From contig JAHHGU010000008.1 of assembly GCA_019359765.1 (NCBI GenBank), positions 23,929-87,928 on the forward strand: a stretch of 64,000 nucleotides of DNA, given 5' to 3'. Below are positions 53,271-63,339 of the stretch, piece by piece (the stretch's first letter is position 1; each line of letters starts with the position of its first letter). The DNA comes from Aphanothece sp. CMT-3BRIN-NPC111. GTDB lineage: Bacteria > Cyanobacteriota > Cyanobacteriia > Cyanobacteriales > JAHHGU01. Position numbers and translations under genes: made by a program. A model generated the notes under the pieces. The model had not been told where the DNA came from. It was given only the letters and a program-made list of their open reading frames with translations, and ran no database searches.

Positions 53271-53945
53271 TCAGGGATTGAAATAACTCGGTACAGTACC
53301 AGCCTCAGACTCTGTTTCTGGATCACCTGAGTGGTTTTGTAAATAAATCAGGCGAATATCCTCCGGTAAGGCTGCTTCTAGCAGCTGATAACCTTGTATG
53401 AGGTGAGATCGCACCTCTGCTGGAGAAAGCGCTTCCCCCTCTGCCTGTAGATGAGCTGCAATCCCCGTTTCACTCCAGTGAAAAGCCTGAGCCATCAAAA
53501 CTATAAACCGCAGCATTGGCGGCAGCTGCTCCAAAGCTTGTTCAATGTAACACCACAGCGGCGGTGGAGCAGCCTGTAGTGAGTAATGAATTGACTCTAC
53601 CCCTGGCAGTTCTGCCTGGTTAATAGAGATAGCCGTCATGTTGATGAGCCAGTTTTGGAAGGAAGGGGCTTCAGTATTAGCATCATTGTGCAGATCCAGA
53701 CTTGCCAGTTCGTAATAGATATGACGCCACGTAAGAGCAAACAGGTAGTCCGCCTGCACTGGCGATGATCGTGCCGAATGCCGAATCAATGTATATACAA
53801 TCGGAGTATAGCGACAGAAAATTGCTGTAAAGAATTTCCCCTGCTCTGGATAGTGCTGAAACAGGGTCAGCAATTCCTCATCGCTATGATGAAATAGCGA
53901 CTTGACAATCGGATGATTGCTTTCAGGAAAAGGAGGGATTTGCAC
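53271..53945 (-). CDS. divergent ECF-type sigma-70 family factor-like protein
   Basis: Region-2-like segment (LLTLFQHYPEQGKFFTAIFCRYTPIVYTLIRH) and region-4 HTH (LPPMLRFIVLMAQAFHWSETGIAAHLQ...SPAEVRSHL). Confidence 0.5.
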   Translation of the reverse strand: MQIPPFPESNHPIVKSLFHHSDEELLTLFQHYPEQGKFFTAIFCRYTPIVYTLIRHSARSSPVQADYLFALTWRHIYYELASLDLHNDANTEAPSFQNWLINMTAISINQAELPGVESIHYSLQAAPPPLWCYIEQALEQLPPMLRFIVLMAQAFHWSETGIAAHLQAEGEALSPAEVRSHLIQGYQLLEAALPEDIRLIYLQNHSGDPETESEAGTVPSYFNP

Positions 53946-54381
53946 TGGTATTTATCACTTGCTCTTGATGATTCAATTCTGGCGAATTATCCTTAATATA
54001 TCCAGTGTTTTTATACACTTCATATCATGTACGTTTAAACACTTACGATATGCGTAGGTTGGGGTGAGGCATTGAAACCAAACATTGATTTTTGGTGTTG
54101 GGTTGCACTGCGTTTAAACCCACCTACATTCGTAACTAATCAATCGAGCATGATACAACAAATATATGGGGCTGGTGATCGCTGATTTAGAATGCCTCGC
54201 ACGTTGCGGCTTGATTGTTTTAGCACGCTTAAGCGTCTGGTGATAGATCAACTAATACGAAGCTGCGTTCAGAGACGACAATTTAAAAAAGAATTACTTG
54301 TATAAAATTCACTGAGTTTAAGTTAACAAAATTTACCCCTTAAAAGTTTAAACCTCAAATCTGGGTAGCTGATAGCTTTGT

Positions 54382-56400
54382 TCAGAATGGCATATCATCA
54401 TCATCTTGCCACTCTTCCGGCTCTGATTCCAGTTCCACAACAGAATCAATTATCTCCCGCCCTTGCAGTTGGGTAGTATGAGGTTCGGTAAAGTCTCGCT
54501 CCTCTGCCATCTGCATAATTTCCCCGCAGAAAAATTTGGCAAGATGGCGGGCTGCATTCTCGACTTCAGCAGCCTCCTCCCCTGGAACCCCTGGATCTGG
54601 CGATCGCAGTTGTTGAGCTGGTTGTCGTGGATGTGGAGTAATTTCTGCTGTTGAACTGGCTTGAGGTTGAATTTTTGAATAAACCTGGCTGGGTGAGGCT
54701 GTTGCTTGATAGTTGGTAGCACTATCCGGCTTAACTTCAGGGGAAGCTACCGATTTGCTATCTGTGCTGGGCGAAGGCGGTAAATTTGCAGCAGCAGACT
54801 TAGACTCAGTGGCAGACACTACTTGTAAGCTCACCTTCATCTTATGCTGAAAAACCTGCTCAAAGGCAGCTTCAACGTGAGGCAATCCACCCTGAACTAG
54901 CTTGAGCAATGGCTGGGTTTTGATGCCCACATGGGCAACAGCACCGCGAACAGCTATTAAGCGTCCGTGTTGATTGAGCAAAACTTGCGTCGAACGCTGC
55001 TGGATATGATCAATCACCTGTTGCCAAACTTGCTTAAGGTCAGATTGCTGTGCGCTTACTTCAGCAGGCTGGGAGACAGAGAAAGTAGATTCTGGCTGTT
55101 CGCGCTGCTCCTGAGTAGGTGACACCTTTGGCACCTGCTCTGAGGGCATCTGAGCCTGGGAAACGTCAGGGTTGGAGGAGCTTGCTGGGCTTGATGGTGG
55201 CTGTACCTCTGGTTTGTGTGATGGCGCAGGCACATGAGTTTGGGTTTCAACGCCATGAGAGGGATTTTGTATTTTGGATATTTGCTGTTGGGTGTGGGAT
55301 GTTTGGGTGACCTCTGAAACCAATAATCCTAATAACGTCACCTCTAACCAGAGGCGCGGTTGGGTGGTGTTTTTGATTTGGGCTTCGCTGCCTTTGAGGT
55401 ATTTCGAGCCAGCCAAAATATTGCCAGTTTCCCAATTCTTGGCCTCCTCACACAGTGCGTCCCAGGTTGGGGCTGTCAACGCCACCAAATCGCTGCGACT
55501 GGGGGCAGTTTTGGCGATCAGCAAGTCGCGGTAGAAACCAGCGAGATTCTGGAGAACGATATTAGGTTCCCTGCCTCGCTCCATCAGGTGACGGGCAACA
55601 TCAAGAACGGCTTCGGGGTTGTTGGATGCGATCGCTTTTAATAACGCCATCAAGTCCCGTTCTGGCACGGCTCCTACCAAATCCCAAACCTTTTCCACCG
55701 TCACTTCTCCAGCTAACAAGCTCAGCTGGTCTAACAGACTTTCCGCATCCCGTAGACCTCCCTGAGCCACTTGAGCCACAAGTGTTACTGCTTGATCTGT
55801 AATATGGATATTTTCCTTAATGGCAATTTCCTTTAAATGCTTCACCATTGCGTCTAAAGGAATGCGCCCAAAATTAAATTGTTGGCAGCGAGAAAGAATT
55901 GTCGGAATTACCCGTTGAGGGTCGGTGGTTGCTAGCACAAAGACGACGCGAGCAGGTGGTTCCTCCAAAGTTTTCAGCAACGCATTAAATGCAGCGGTGC
56001 TGAGCATATGTACTTCGTCTATTATGTAAACCTTGTAACGGCACTGTACTGGGGCAAACTGAGCGCGTTCGATAATTTCTCTAATATTGTCAACTCCTGT
56101 ATTGCTGGCAGCGTCAATTTCGATGATGTCTAGTGCAGAACCAAAAGCGATCGCGCGACAAACGTCACACACCCCACAAGGTACTTCTGTGGGAACATCA
56201 CCTGAAAGGCAATTAAGAGACTTCGCCAGAATCCGGGCACTAGAAGTCTTGCCAGTGCCTCTAGGACCTGTGAACAAATAGGCAGGAGCAATCCGGCGCA
56301 GGTGAATGGCATTGCCTAGCGTCGTGGCAATAGCCTCTTGCCCCACCAAATCCGCAAATGTTTGGGGTCTATATTTATGATGGAGTGGTTCGTAAGACAT
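54382..56400 (-). CDS. dnaX: DNA polymerase III subunits gamma/tau
   Basis: YRPQTFADLVGQE...GPRGTGKTS Walker A; DEVHML; CGVCDVC zinc module; proline/glutamine-rich C-terminal half. Confidence 0.9.
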   Translation of the reverse strand: MSYEPLHHKYRPQTFADLVGQEAIATTLGNAIHLRRIAPAYLFTGPRGTGKTSSARILAKSLNCLSGDVPTEVPCGVCDVCRAIAFGSALDIIEIDAASNTGVDNIREIIERAQFAPVQCRYKVYIIDEVHMLSTAAFNALLKTLEEPPARVVFVLATTDPQRVIPTILSRCQQFNFGRIPLDAMVKHLKEIAIKENIHITDQAVTLVAQVAQGGLRDAESLLDQLSLLAGEVTVEKVWDLVGAVPERDLMALLKAIASNNPEAVLDVARHLMERGREPNIVLQNLAGFYRDLLIAKTAPSRSDLVALTAPTWDALCEEAKNWETGNILAGSKYLKGSEAQIKNTTQPRLWLEVTLLGLLVSEVTQTSHTQQQISKIQNPSHGVETQTHVPAPSHKPEVQPPSSPASSSNPDVSQAQMPSEQVPKVSPTQEQREQPESTFSVSQPAEVSAQQSDLKQVWQQVIDHIQQRSTQVLLNQHGRLIAVRGAVAHVGIKTQPLLKLVQGGLPHVEAAFEQVFQHKMKVSLQVVSATESKSAAANLPPSPSTDSKSVASPEVKPDSATNYQATASPSQVYSKIQPQASSTAEITPHPRQPAQQLRSPDPGVPGEEAAEVENAARHLAKFFCGEIMQMAEERDFTEPHTTQLQGREIIDSVVELESEPEEWQDDDDMPF

Positions 56401-56840
56401 GGCAGCAGTAAGAAGCAGATATCAAACGCAGGATTAAAGAGGCATTCATTGCCTCACCCTACCCGAGCGTACCTGCGAAATCTGCTTGGATAGGATAAGT
56501 AAGCTTACCCACTGTTGAACCACATGGGCTTTCGCCTCGGTGTTTCAGAACGTTGGTTTGTAGTAGCCCTGAGCGATAGCGTTGTGGCAATGTTCATCGG
56601 CAAACAAACTACTTCACGAGCCTCCAGGGCGGCTTACATCTGGGGTTCCACCAAACCATACGAAAGCTTGGACTCTAAGTATTGTTTCTTCACTGAGATT
56701 ATATTCCCGGACGCCCCATTAGCCACGGTTTGTGTGTTACTCGTCAACACTTGTACCCGTTGTGAGACCTTTTATGCGTGCTTTATACAGTGCCTTTTGC
56801 AGTTTCGGCTATAGAATAATGGTAGTATATTTCGACCACA

Positions 56841-57005
56841 ATGGCAAGGACAAACGTATTCAATTTAAGGCTATCAGATGAAGAATTAGAGCGACTCAAG
56901 GTTTATGCAGATTCAAGGCAAATCTCTCCAGCCGAAGTTCTACGGGACTATATTAAACGGTTGCCACGAGCCAAAACTGATGGGGGAAAACAGCCCCTTG
57001 CCTAG
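56841..57005 (+). CDS. unannotated ribbon-helix-helix (CopG/Arc-type) small protein, 54 aa
   Basis: MARTNVFNLRLSDEELERLKVYADSRQISPAEVLRDYIKRLPRAK...: beta-strand then two helices, the typical RHH pattern; below the 60-aa ORF-track cutoff. Confidence 0.45.
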   Translation: MARTNVFNLRLSDEELERLKVYADSRQISPAEVLRDYIKRLPRAKTDGGKQPLA

Positions 57006-57238
57006 TCTTTCCTTTCATGGCATGGGAGGCGATCGCCGGAAAGACTTCCCGGAGGTTTTGTGGTGACATCCTCCCACACCGAACCGAAGATTACGGTGTG
57101 GGGTTCCCAAAATCACTTTTGAGATATCCTGGTTTTTCCCTTACGGGGTTGTGCCACTTGCCTAGATTGAGTTACCTCAATCCCCGGTAGATCGGCTGCC
57201 CCCCTCAAAAAGATAAATTCGACATAAAGGGGCGATAG

Positions 57239-57913
57239 ATGCTCAAACAAATTTGGCAGTGGCTAGTGAGGTGGTTTCAACGATTTTTTGGCACCGGCAA
57301 ACGGCAAAACTTAACACCACCCCCAGTTCATCGGGAACCGCCTCCACCCCTAAATGATTCGGATTACGAGTATTTGTTCATGCAGCTGTTGGAAGGGGTT
57401 GCTCATGGCTGGCAGCAGGCGCGAGTTTTAAAGTTTTTTGAGGCTCTCAAAGAGCGTACAAGCGAGGTTCAATGGCTAGGCTGGTTGCATCGCTTTGGGG
57501 AAAGGTTACTGGCAACAACTTCACCAAATAATGAGTTAGCAGCACGGATGGTACAGCTTGGTGAGATTGGCTGTGGGAAAATAGGTGAGCTAGCTAGTGA
57601 AATTGGGATGCAGTTGCTGACACGGCAAGACCAAACATACCCAGCTCTGGAATTCGTCGCTACACCAGAGTTAACTTACTCAGAGCCAATTGAAAACTTT
57701 GAAACTAACATAGGTGGGTTTGATACCTCTAGCCCTGACTCAAACGCTCAGGAAGCAGCAGAAGTTAAAGAATTTACCCTGGATGAATTGTTGTTGATGT
57801 TGCAGCAAGATCCTAGTTTAGTCCAGCAAATTGCCGAGCAGCTTCAAATTGATACGACTGATCCACAAGTCATTATTGAGGCACTAGTTAATCAATTTCA
57901 TGGTGCCAGTTAA
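57239..57913 (+). CDS. hypothetical protein
   Basis: 224-aa ORF; Trp-rich N-terminus and acidic C-terminus; no family recognised. Confidence 0.4.
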   Translation: MLKQIWQWLVRWFQRFFGTGKRQNLTPPPVHREPPPPLNDSDYEYLFMQLLEGVAHGWQQARVLKFFEALKERTSEVQWLGWLHRFGERLLATTSPNNELAARMVQLGEIGCGKIGELASEIGMQLLTRQDQTYPALEFVATPELTYSEPIENFETNIGGFDTSSPDSNAQEAAEVKEFTLDELLLMLQQDPSLVQQIAEQLQIDTTDPQVIIEALVNQFHGAS

Positions 57914-58024
57914 TTCAATGCGCCGTCCGTTAGTAGATAGTAGATAGTGGTTATTAGAAACCAATCTGATACATCTTTGCTGTGAAATTGAACATTGAGA
58001 GATCCAGCTAACTACTAACTACTA

Positions 58025-58975
58025 ATGCGGGGCGTAGTGTTACTTTTACCGACAAGTACTCTTCTGATGTATCCTACTCGCACAATCTCTTCCGTATATA
58101 CCGATGGAGCCTGCACAGGCAACCCTGGCCCTGGCGGCTGGGGCGTAGTTGTCTATTTCACCGATGGCTCTGTCTATGAAGTGGGTGATGCTGAGGCAGC
58201 AACTACGAATAATCGCATGGAAATGCAAGCGGCGATCGCCGCTTTGAAAGTTTTGGCAGCTTCAAAGCAAACCGAACCCATCACCCTCTACACCGATAGT
58301 GAATACGTCCTCAAAGGCATTACCCAATGGGTTAAAGGCTGGAAAAAGAAAGGTTGGAAGACGGCACAGGGTAAAGCAGTTCTTAACCAAGATCTTTGGG
58401 AGATTCTCGATGGACTTAATTCTCGCTTAGGGCCGCCTCTACACTGGCAACATGTTCGGGGCCATGCTGGTAACGTTGGCAATGAACGCTGTGATGTGAT
58501 CGCCCGCGCCTTTGCCACTGGTAAGACTCTCTCCCTGCAACAACTACCAGCAGAAGACGAATTTGGTTCACAGCAAACCGATAGTACTGGTAACAAAACG
58601 ATACAATCGAGTTGCCTATCCTCAGATCCCCCTACCGAGGATTTTGTCATGCTCGATTCTACTAGCCCTATTACTGCTGATTCTCTTGACAATTTACCGC
58701 GGGAGACCAGAGTTGCCCAGCTCCGCAACCTGATCGAAACCCTCCGCATTGCTGATGAAGTTGCAGCTAAAGGCTACCTGATCGCTAGCTCAGAACTAGC
58801 TGATCTTATGGACGTCAACGCCAGCGCTGTCACCAGTCGGGGGGATGAATGGCGCTGGCGTAACTGGATTGTCTCACGAGTACGCCGCGAAGGAAATCAA
58901 ATCCTCTGGCAACTAGAACGTTGGGATCAAGTTAACGGTTCATCTGAGGATAATGCCGACCTCGCCACTGGGTAG
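58025..58975 (+). CDS. rnhA: ribonuclease HI with about 160-aa C-terminal extension
   Basis: YTDGAC.GNPGPGGWG ... YTDSEYV ... HVRGHAGN.GNERCD RNase H catalytic motifs in the first 155 aa. Confidence 0.8.
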   Translation: MRGVVLLLPTSTLLMYPTRTISSVYTDGACTGNPGPGGWGVVVYFTDGSVYEVGDAEAATTNNRMEMQAAIAALKVLAASKQTEPITLYTDSEYVLKGITQWVKGWKKKGWKTAQGKAVLNQDLWEILDGLNSRLGPPLHWQHVRGHAGNVGNERCDVIARAFATGKTLSLQQLPAEDEFGSQQTDSTGNKTIQSSCLSSDPPTEDFVMLDSTSPITADSLDNLPRETRVAQLRNLIETLRIADEVAAKGYLIASSELADLMDVNASAVTSRGDEWRWRNWIVSRVRREGNQILWQLERWDQVNGSSEDNADLATG

Positions 58976-60314
58976 GGGTTTGCAGGGCCGAAAGAAAAAT
59001 TCGCGCGCAAGCTAAGGGGTCTGCCAGAGGGGAAAGGTAAAAGTAAATAGGCTTCTGTAGAGAGTTCTGAGTTTTGAGTTCTGAGTTTTGAGTTGAAGAG
59101 GAATTTAACTCCGCAGTGTTTGAATAAGAGGGAGCGATCGCAAACAGTAAGGCAACACGAATTGTCACCAGAAAGAAATTTAATCCTGCCGCTGCTACAA
59201 CTGGGGCTGAGGAATGCCCCTGAATTAGCCAGGTAAGGAAGACCAGAGACACTGGCAGAGGCAGTCCTTGAACTGCTAGCAGCAGCCACAAGTCTCCCCA
59301 CAACTGACTGGCATTGGAGGCATCTTTAAGGTCGAGCGATCGCCCCCATTCTTTCCATGTTTGGACAGCCCCCTCATACATCCTCACCTTCAGAACCTTA
59401 GCCCCATCCAGAAAGCCGACTTTAAACCCAGCAGCGGCAGCATTACGGGCGAGAGTGACATCATCACAAAAAGATCCCCTAGCACTGGTGTAACCGCCCA
59501 GCTTGGACAAGACAGACCGACGGCATAGGAAACATTGTCCATTCGCCATCACTCGTTCTGGTGTTTGGTTGGCGTCACCTGCTGGGCCAAATCTGTAGAC
59601 GAGGGTAAGCAAAAGCGCTGGTTGCAGCCACCACTCCCCTGGATATTTGAGGATAAATTTCGGCGAGAGGGAAACAAGGTCATAACCCTCAGCCTCAGCC
59701 ACCGTCACCAAACCCGCGACAAGACCAGCGCTAGGCTGGGTATCAGCATCAATCCCCAAAATCCACTCTCCGGGGGAAGCACTTGTACCTAGATTTGGGG
59801 AATCAAGGCTAGGATTTTCTTGCTGTAGGAGTGAAGCATTTAGAGCAACATTGCTGGCTTCCCCAGCTGATTGTCCCCGCTCATACTTCGTTCCTAATGC
59901 CCGTTCTTCGATATACAGAAAACCGTTATGCAATGCCCAAGGACGTCCTACCCAACCATCTGGTAGCGGGTCATCGGTAATCAAGCGAAAGCGGGGGTCT
60001 TTCTGCTGGGCAGCTTTCACCAAGTCTGCTGTTCCATCCTGAGAGTGGCTGTCTACGACAACAATTTCACGCACTTCGTAACTTTGCTGGCTGAGGCCAG
60101 CCAGACAGGGGCTAATGCGTTCAGCCTCGTTAAGGGTGGGAACGACCACACTAACAGCACCCAAAAGTTCTGGGGTGGCAGTAAGCGGTTCTATAGGCGG
60201 ACGTCGAAAAGGGCCTTTGGATAGGCGTGAAAGTAAGATGGCGGCTGCTGGTGCCTGGATGAGTAGCAGCCCCAATGAAATAGCACTATGTAATGTCAAC
60301 CAATCAAAGTTCAC
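58932..60314 (-). CDS. family-2 glycosyltransferase, probable carotenoid (myxol) 2'-O-glycosyltransferase CruG-like
   Basis: GT2 motifs VVVPTLNEAERI, VVDSHSQDGT and DAD; paired with a CruF-like membrane protein via a 4-nt overlap; the 3' end runs through an STRR and overlaps rnhA by 44 nt. Confidence 0.55.
   Translation of the reverse strand: MNFDWLTLHSAISLGLLLIQAPAAAILLSRLSKGPFRRPPIEPLTATPELLGAVSVVVPTLNEAERISPCLAGLSQQSYEVREIVVVDSHSQDGTADLVKAAQQKDPRFRLITDDPLPDGWVGRPWALHNGFLYIEERALGTKYERGQSAGEASNVALNASLLQQENPSLDSPNLGTSASPGEWILGIDADTQPSAGLVAGLVTVAEAEGYDLVSLSPKFILKYPGEWWLQPALLLTLVYRFGPAGDANQTPERVMANGQCFLCRRSVLSKLGGYTSARGSFCDDVTLARNAAAAGFKVGFLDGAKVLKVRMYEGAVQTWKEWGRSLDLKDASNASQLWGDLWLLLAVQGLPLPVSLVFLTWLIQGHSSAPVVAAAGLNFFLVTIRVALLFAIAPSYSNTAELNSSSTQNSELKTQNSLQKPIYFYLSPLADPLACARIFLSALQTPTQWRGRHYPQMNR
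59062..59095 (-). repeat. STRR heptamers (GAGTTYT) in frame near the 3' end of the GT2 gene
   Basis: Plus strand gagttctgagttttgagttctgagttttgagttg; the coding strand reads STQNSELKTQNS. Confidence 0.7.
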
Positions 60315-61252
60315 TTTAGTGCCACTTTTACCGATGTCACAGGAATTTCAGTCGTGAAGCTGGCAGCTGTTTCCGCTGTCATTTGCGTGGGTGCGGGTTC
60401 TGCCATCCACCACAGCGTCATCGCGGGTACAATCCCTAGTAAAACGCCCAAAAATACTGGTATCCAAATTCCAGCCACAATACTCATTATTGCCGCGAAG
60501 GCAAAGTTACTTAAGTAGACAGCCAGAGGCAGAGCCAGATGCGATCGCGTCAGCTTCATAGAGGCGTTTCGCTCCGAAATTAGCGGAGCCTTTCCCCATA
60601 AAAAGGCTGCCACACTCATAAATAGGGCACCAGTTCCCATCCAACCAGCAAAGTTTTGATAGGGCATCCCAAAAAAAGCACCCGGTTGTTGCCACTGCCA
60701 AAACGGTACTGCTGTTTGGCTCATGGCCGGGTCGAGAACAAAATCCCAGGAGGTTAGTAAAAGAGCGCCAAGTGCGATCGCACCCGCGCCACGCAGCCAG
60801 CTAGGGGCTTGAGCAGCCTCTAGACCAACACGGGCAATTAGGTATGAAGCAAACCCCAAATAAAACCAGGAAAGGGGAATAGTAAACGGGACAAGACCAG
60901 CAATCTTATAGCCCAAGCCGTTCAAGTAGCTGTAATGACCAAAGGGAAAGCCGGTACTGGTTCCCAGCAATTCACTTCCTAACGACAAAAAGGCCGCTGG
61001 TAGCATGAATGTCAGCCAGTGCCACAATCCCAGCGTCCGATAGGCATAAATGGCGACTGCTGCCGCCCCTAAAAGGATATACACTACCCCTCCTCCAGCC
61101 ATACCCCACTGGAAGAAGACCTGCCCTGCTGTCGATAAGCCCAAAATTAATTCCGGATGCGGTAAGACTACCAGTAGTCCCAATAGTCCAAAAGCCATTG
61201 ACACAATATGACCAATCAGGCAAAAGCGCTCTATATTGAGAAGTTGCTTCAT
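60311..61252 (-). CDS. polytopic membrane protein, possible carotenoid 1',2'-hydratase CruF-like
   Basis: 313 aa with about 8 TM helices; translationally coupled to the GT2 gene, as in the cruF-cruG pairs I recall from cyanobacteria. Confidence 0.35.
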   Translation of the reverse strand: MKQLLNIERFCLIGHIVSMAFGLLGLLVVLPHPELILGLSTAGQVFFQWGMAGGGVVYILLGAAAVAIYAYRTLGLWHWLTFMLPAAFLSLGSELLGTSTGFPFGHYSYLNGLGYKIAGLVPFTIPLSWFYLGFASYLIARVGLEAAQAPSWLRGAGAIALGALLLTSWDFVLDPAMSQTAVPFWQWQQPGAFFGMPYQNFAGWMGTGALFMSVAAFLWGKAPLISERNASMKLTRSHLALPLAVYLSNFAFAAIMSIVAGIWIPVFLGVLLGIVPAMTLWWMAEPAPTQMTAETAASFTTEIPVTSVKVALK

Positions 61253-61852
61253 GAAAACCTCCTAATCAGGATGGAAATGAGAGAGAGTCACGTCTTGGGG
61301 ATGCCATAGGGAAACTTAATGCTCGCTCTAGGGGCAGAAAGCTGAGTATACATTTTTTAATAGTTTACAAATGTTTATGAACAATTCCTCTGATTTAGTC
61401 CGGCTTAACTTAAATTGCGCTTACAAAACTGTTCAATAGTAATCGGGTTCAAAGGGTAGCGGATCAGGGTAGGCTTTACCCACCCCAAGCCCCCAAACCC
61501 ATTGCCTCCTCGCCAAACCCTGATCCACTGCATCTGGGTAAGCCCTGTTAAAATTGCTTCTCTCGCCGCTTATATATAAGACATGCTTAATTTAAAAGAC
61601 TTATTCTTAAGTAAATTAAATACAGTTTACCGAAGCTAGATTTTTCTTTGCTAAAAAATAGGTAAGACCTAGTTTAATCTCAGTTAGTGCTGCTATAGGC
61701 AGCTAGAGGGAAGGTCTAATCATTAGAAAGCAGTTAAGATATTGGCAGCTATACCCAGTTTTGTAAATTCTTAACAACTAGCAATTTGACTGGGAGCGCT
61801 AATAATAAAACAGCTTCCCTCCGCTACCGGCTTCAGGACGCCTGTACCCAAA

Positions 61853-63124
61853 ATGACTTCTTGCCCTCCCCAGAAGACCAATACTGTGCCTATCCGCGCC
61901 GTCCAATATCGGGATTTGGACGCCATCGAACAGCTATGTGCCGAGGCATCTGAGGCAGAACCTTATAGTGGCTCAATAGATCTGGGTCGGCAGCTCCAAC
62001 GAGTTCGCCGGTGGTACGGGCCGCTGAAGTTTTTGAGTTTGTTTCCCAATCCTTGCCAGTATGAATTCTGCGTTTACGTGGCGGAGCAGGAAAACCAGAT
62101 TCGCGGCACGATTAAGGTATCGCCCTTCAACCGCACGCGCAGCACCTGGCGGGTTGAGCGGGTGTTAGTCGATCCAAATGCCCAGCACTCTGGCAATAGC
62201 TCGGCAACTGGGGAAATTGGCTCTCAGCTGTTGCGTCATTGCTTTAAGACTATCTTGGAGGCGACCACCTGGTTGCTGGAAGTTAATATCCATGACAAAT
62301 CAACTTTGGCTCTATACCGGCAGAATGGATTTCAACCCCTAGCGGAGTTGAGATACTGGGCGATCGCGCCAGAGTTGCTTCAGAAACTAGCCCAGCACGA
62401 GCCAGATTTGCCCAACCTCCTGCCAGTAAGCAATGCAGATGCCCAACTGCTTTACCAGCTAGATACTGTGGCAATGCCGCCTTTGTTGCGCCAAGTGTTT
62501 GACCGCCAGGATCGCGACTTTAAAACTAGTATTCTGAACGCTGTCTTTACTGGTGTTCAGCAGTGGGTTAGCCACACTAAGACTGTCAGTAGCTATGTGT
62601 TTGAACCACAACGCAAAGCTGCGATCGGCTATTTTAAGCTGCAACTTTGCCGTAATGGTTCTCAGCCTCATAGCGCCCAGTTAACTGTGCATCCAGCCTA
62701 CACCTGGCTTTACCCAGAGTTACTATCCCAGATGGCGCGAATTGCTCAGGAATTTCCAGCCTCTCCTTTGCATCTGGCTTCAGCTGACTATCAACCAGAA
62801 CGGGAAGAATATTTTGAGCAGCTAGGGGCAGAGCGAATTCAAGATACGCTACTGATGTCTCGTTCCGTATGGCATAAGCTGCGCGAGGCCAAACCCATGT
62901 CTTTAGAAGGGCTACAGTTGTCTGAGGTTCTCAAGAGCCTCCAACCTGCTCGTCAACCTGTACCCAGCCGCATAGAAAGCCTCAACTCCCCAGCTTTGAA
63001 GTCTCAGGTGTCTCCCAGGACTGATGTATCTCCATCTGTCTCGGCTCCACCCAGTTCGCTTTCTGAGGAGGTGGCAACAGTGGCAGATCTGCCAGATGCC
63101 CAGCAAAATGGTCACGGATGTTAG
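61853..63124 (+). CDS. GNAT family N-acetyltransferase domain protein with C-terminal extension
   Basis: Acetyltransferase fold motifs (RVERVLVDPNAQHSGNS..G..LL ... LALYRQNGFQPL); 423 aa. Confidence 0.55.
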   Translation: MTSCPPQKTNTVPIRAVQYRDLDAIEQLCAEASEAEPYSGSIDLGRQLQRVRRWYGPLKFLSLFPNPCQYEFCVYVAEQENQIRGTIKVSPFNRTRSTWRVERVLVDPNAQHSGNSSATGEIGSQLLRHCFKTILEATTWLLEVNIHDKSTLALYRQNGFQPLAELRYWAIAPELLQKLAQHEPDLPNLLPVSNADAQLLYQLDTVAMPPLLRQVFDRQDRDFKTSILNAVFTGVQQWVSHTKTVSSYVFEPQRKAAIGYFKLQLCRNGSQPHSAQLTVHPAYTWLYPELLSQMARIAQEFPASPLHLASADYQPEREEYFEQLGAERIQDTLLMSRSVWHKLREAKPMSLEGLQLSEVLKSLQPARQPVPSRIESLNSPALKSQVSPRTDVSPSVSAPPSSLSEEVATVADLPDAQQNGHGC

Positions 63125-63196
63125 GGAATAGATAATAGTTAGTAGTTAGTGGAAAATTGTCTACTAGCTACTAACAGGCTCTTTTAAAAGCTGATA

Positions 63197-63333
63197 GTTA
63201 TAGCAGTTGCCATAATAGCTCTTGAAAATTGACCTCGCTCCCATACACCCACAGATGCTGCTATAACTGTAAGGATTGCTAAAGCTAATTGCTAAAGCTA
63301 ATTGCTAAAAGCTAATTGCTAAAAGCTATAAAT
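63197..63333. mobile_element. MITE-like element (GTTATAGCAG terminal inverted repeats) with expanded GCTAAAGCTAATT tandem tail, copy 2
   Basis: gttatagcagttgccataatagctcttgaaaattgac...gctgctataactg, then (gctaaagctaatt) x about 4.5, directly upstream of ruvX. Confidence 0.5.
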
Positions 63334-63339
63334 TAAGCG

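Noticed and set aside
56515-56814. 99-aa ORF upstream of dnaX
   Set aside because: Cys/Phe-rich nonsense translation with no start context. I also checked this region for an SRP RNA (ffs) and did not see the conserved domain IV motif.
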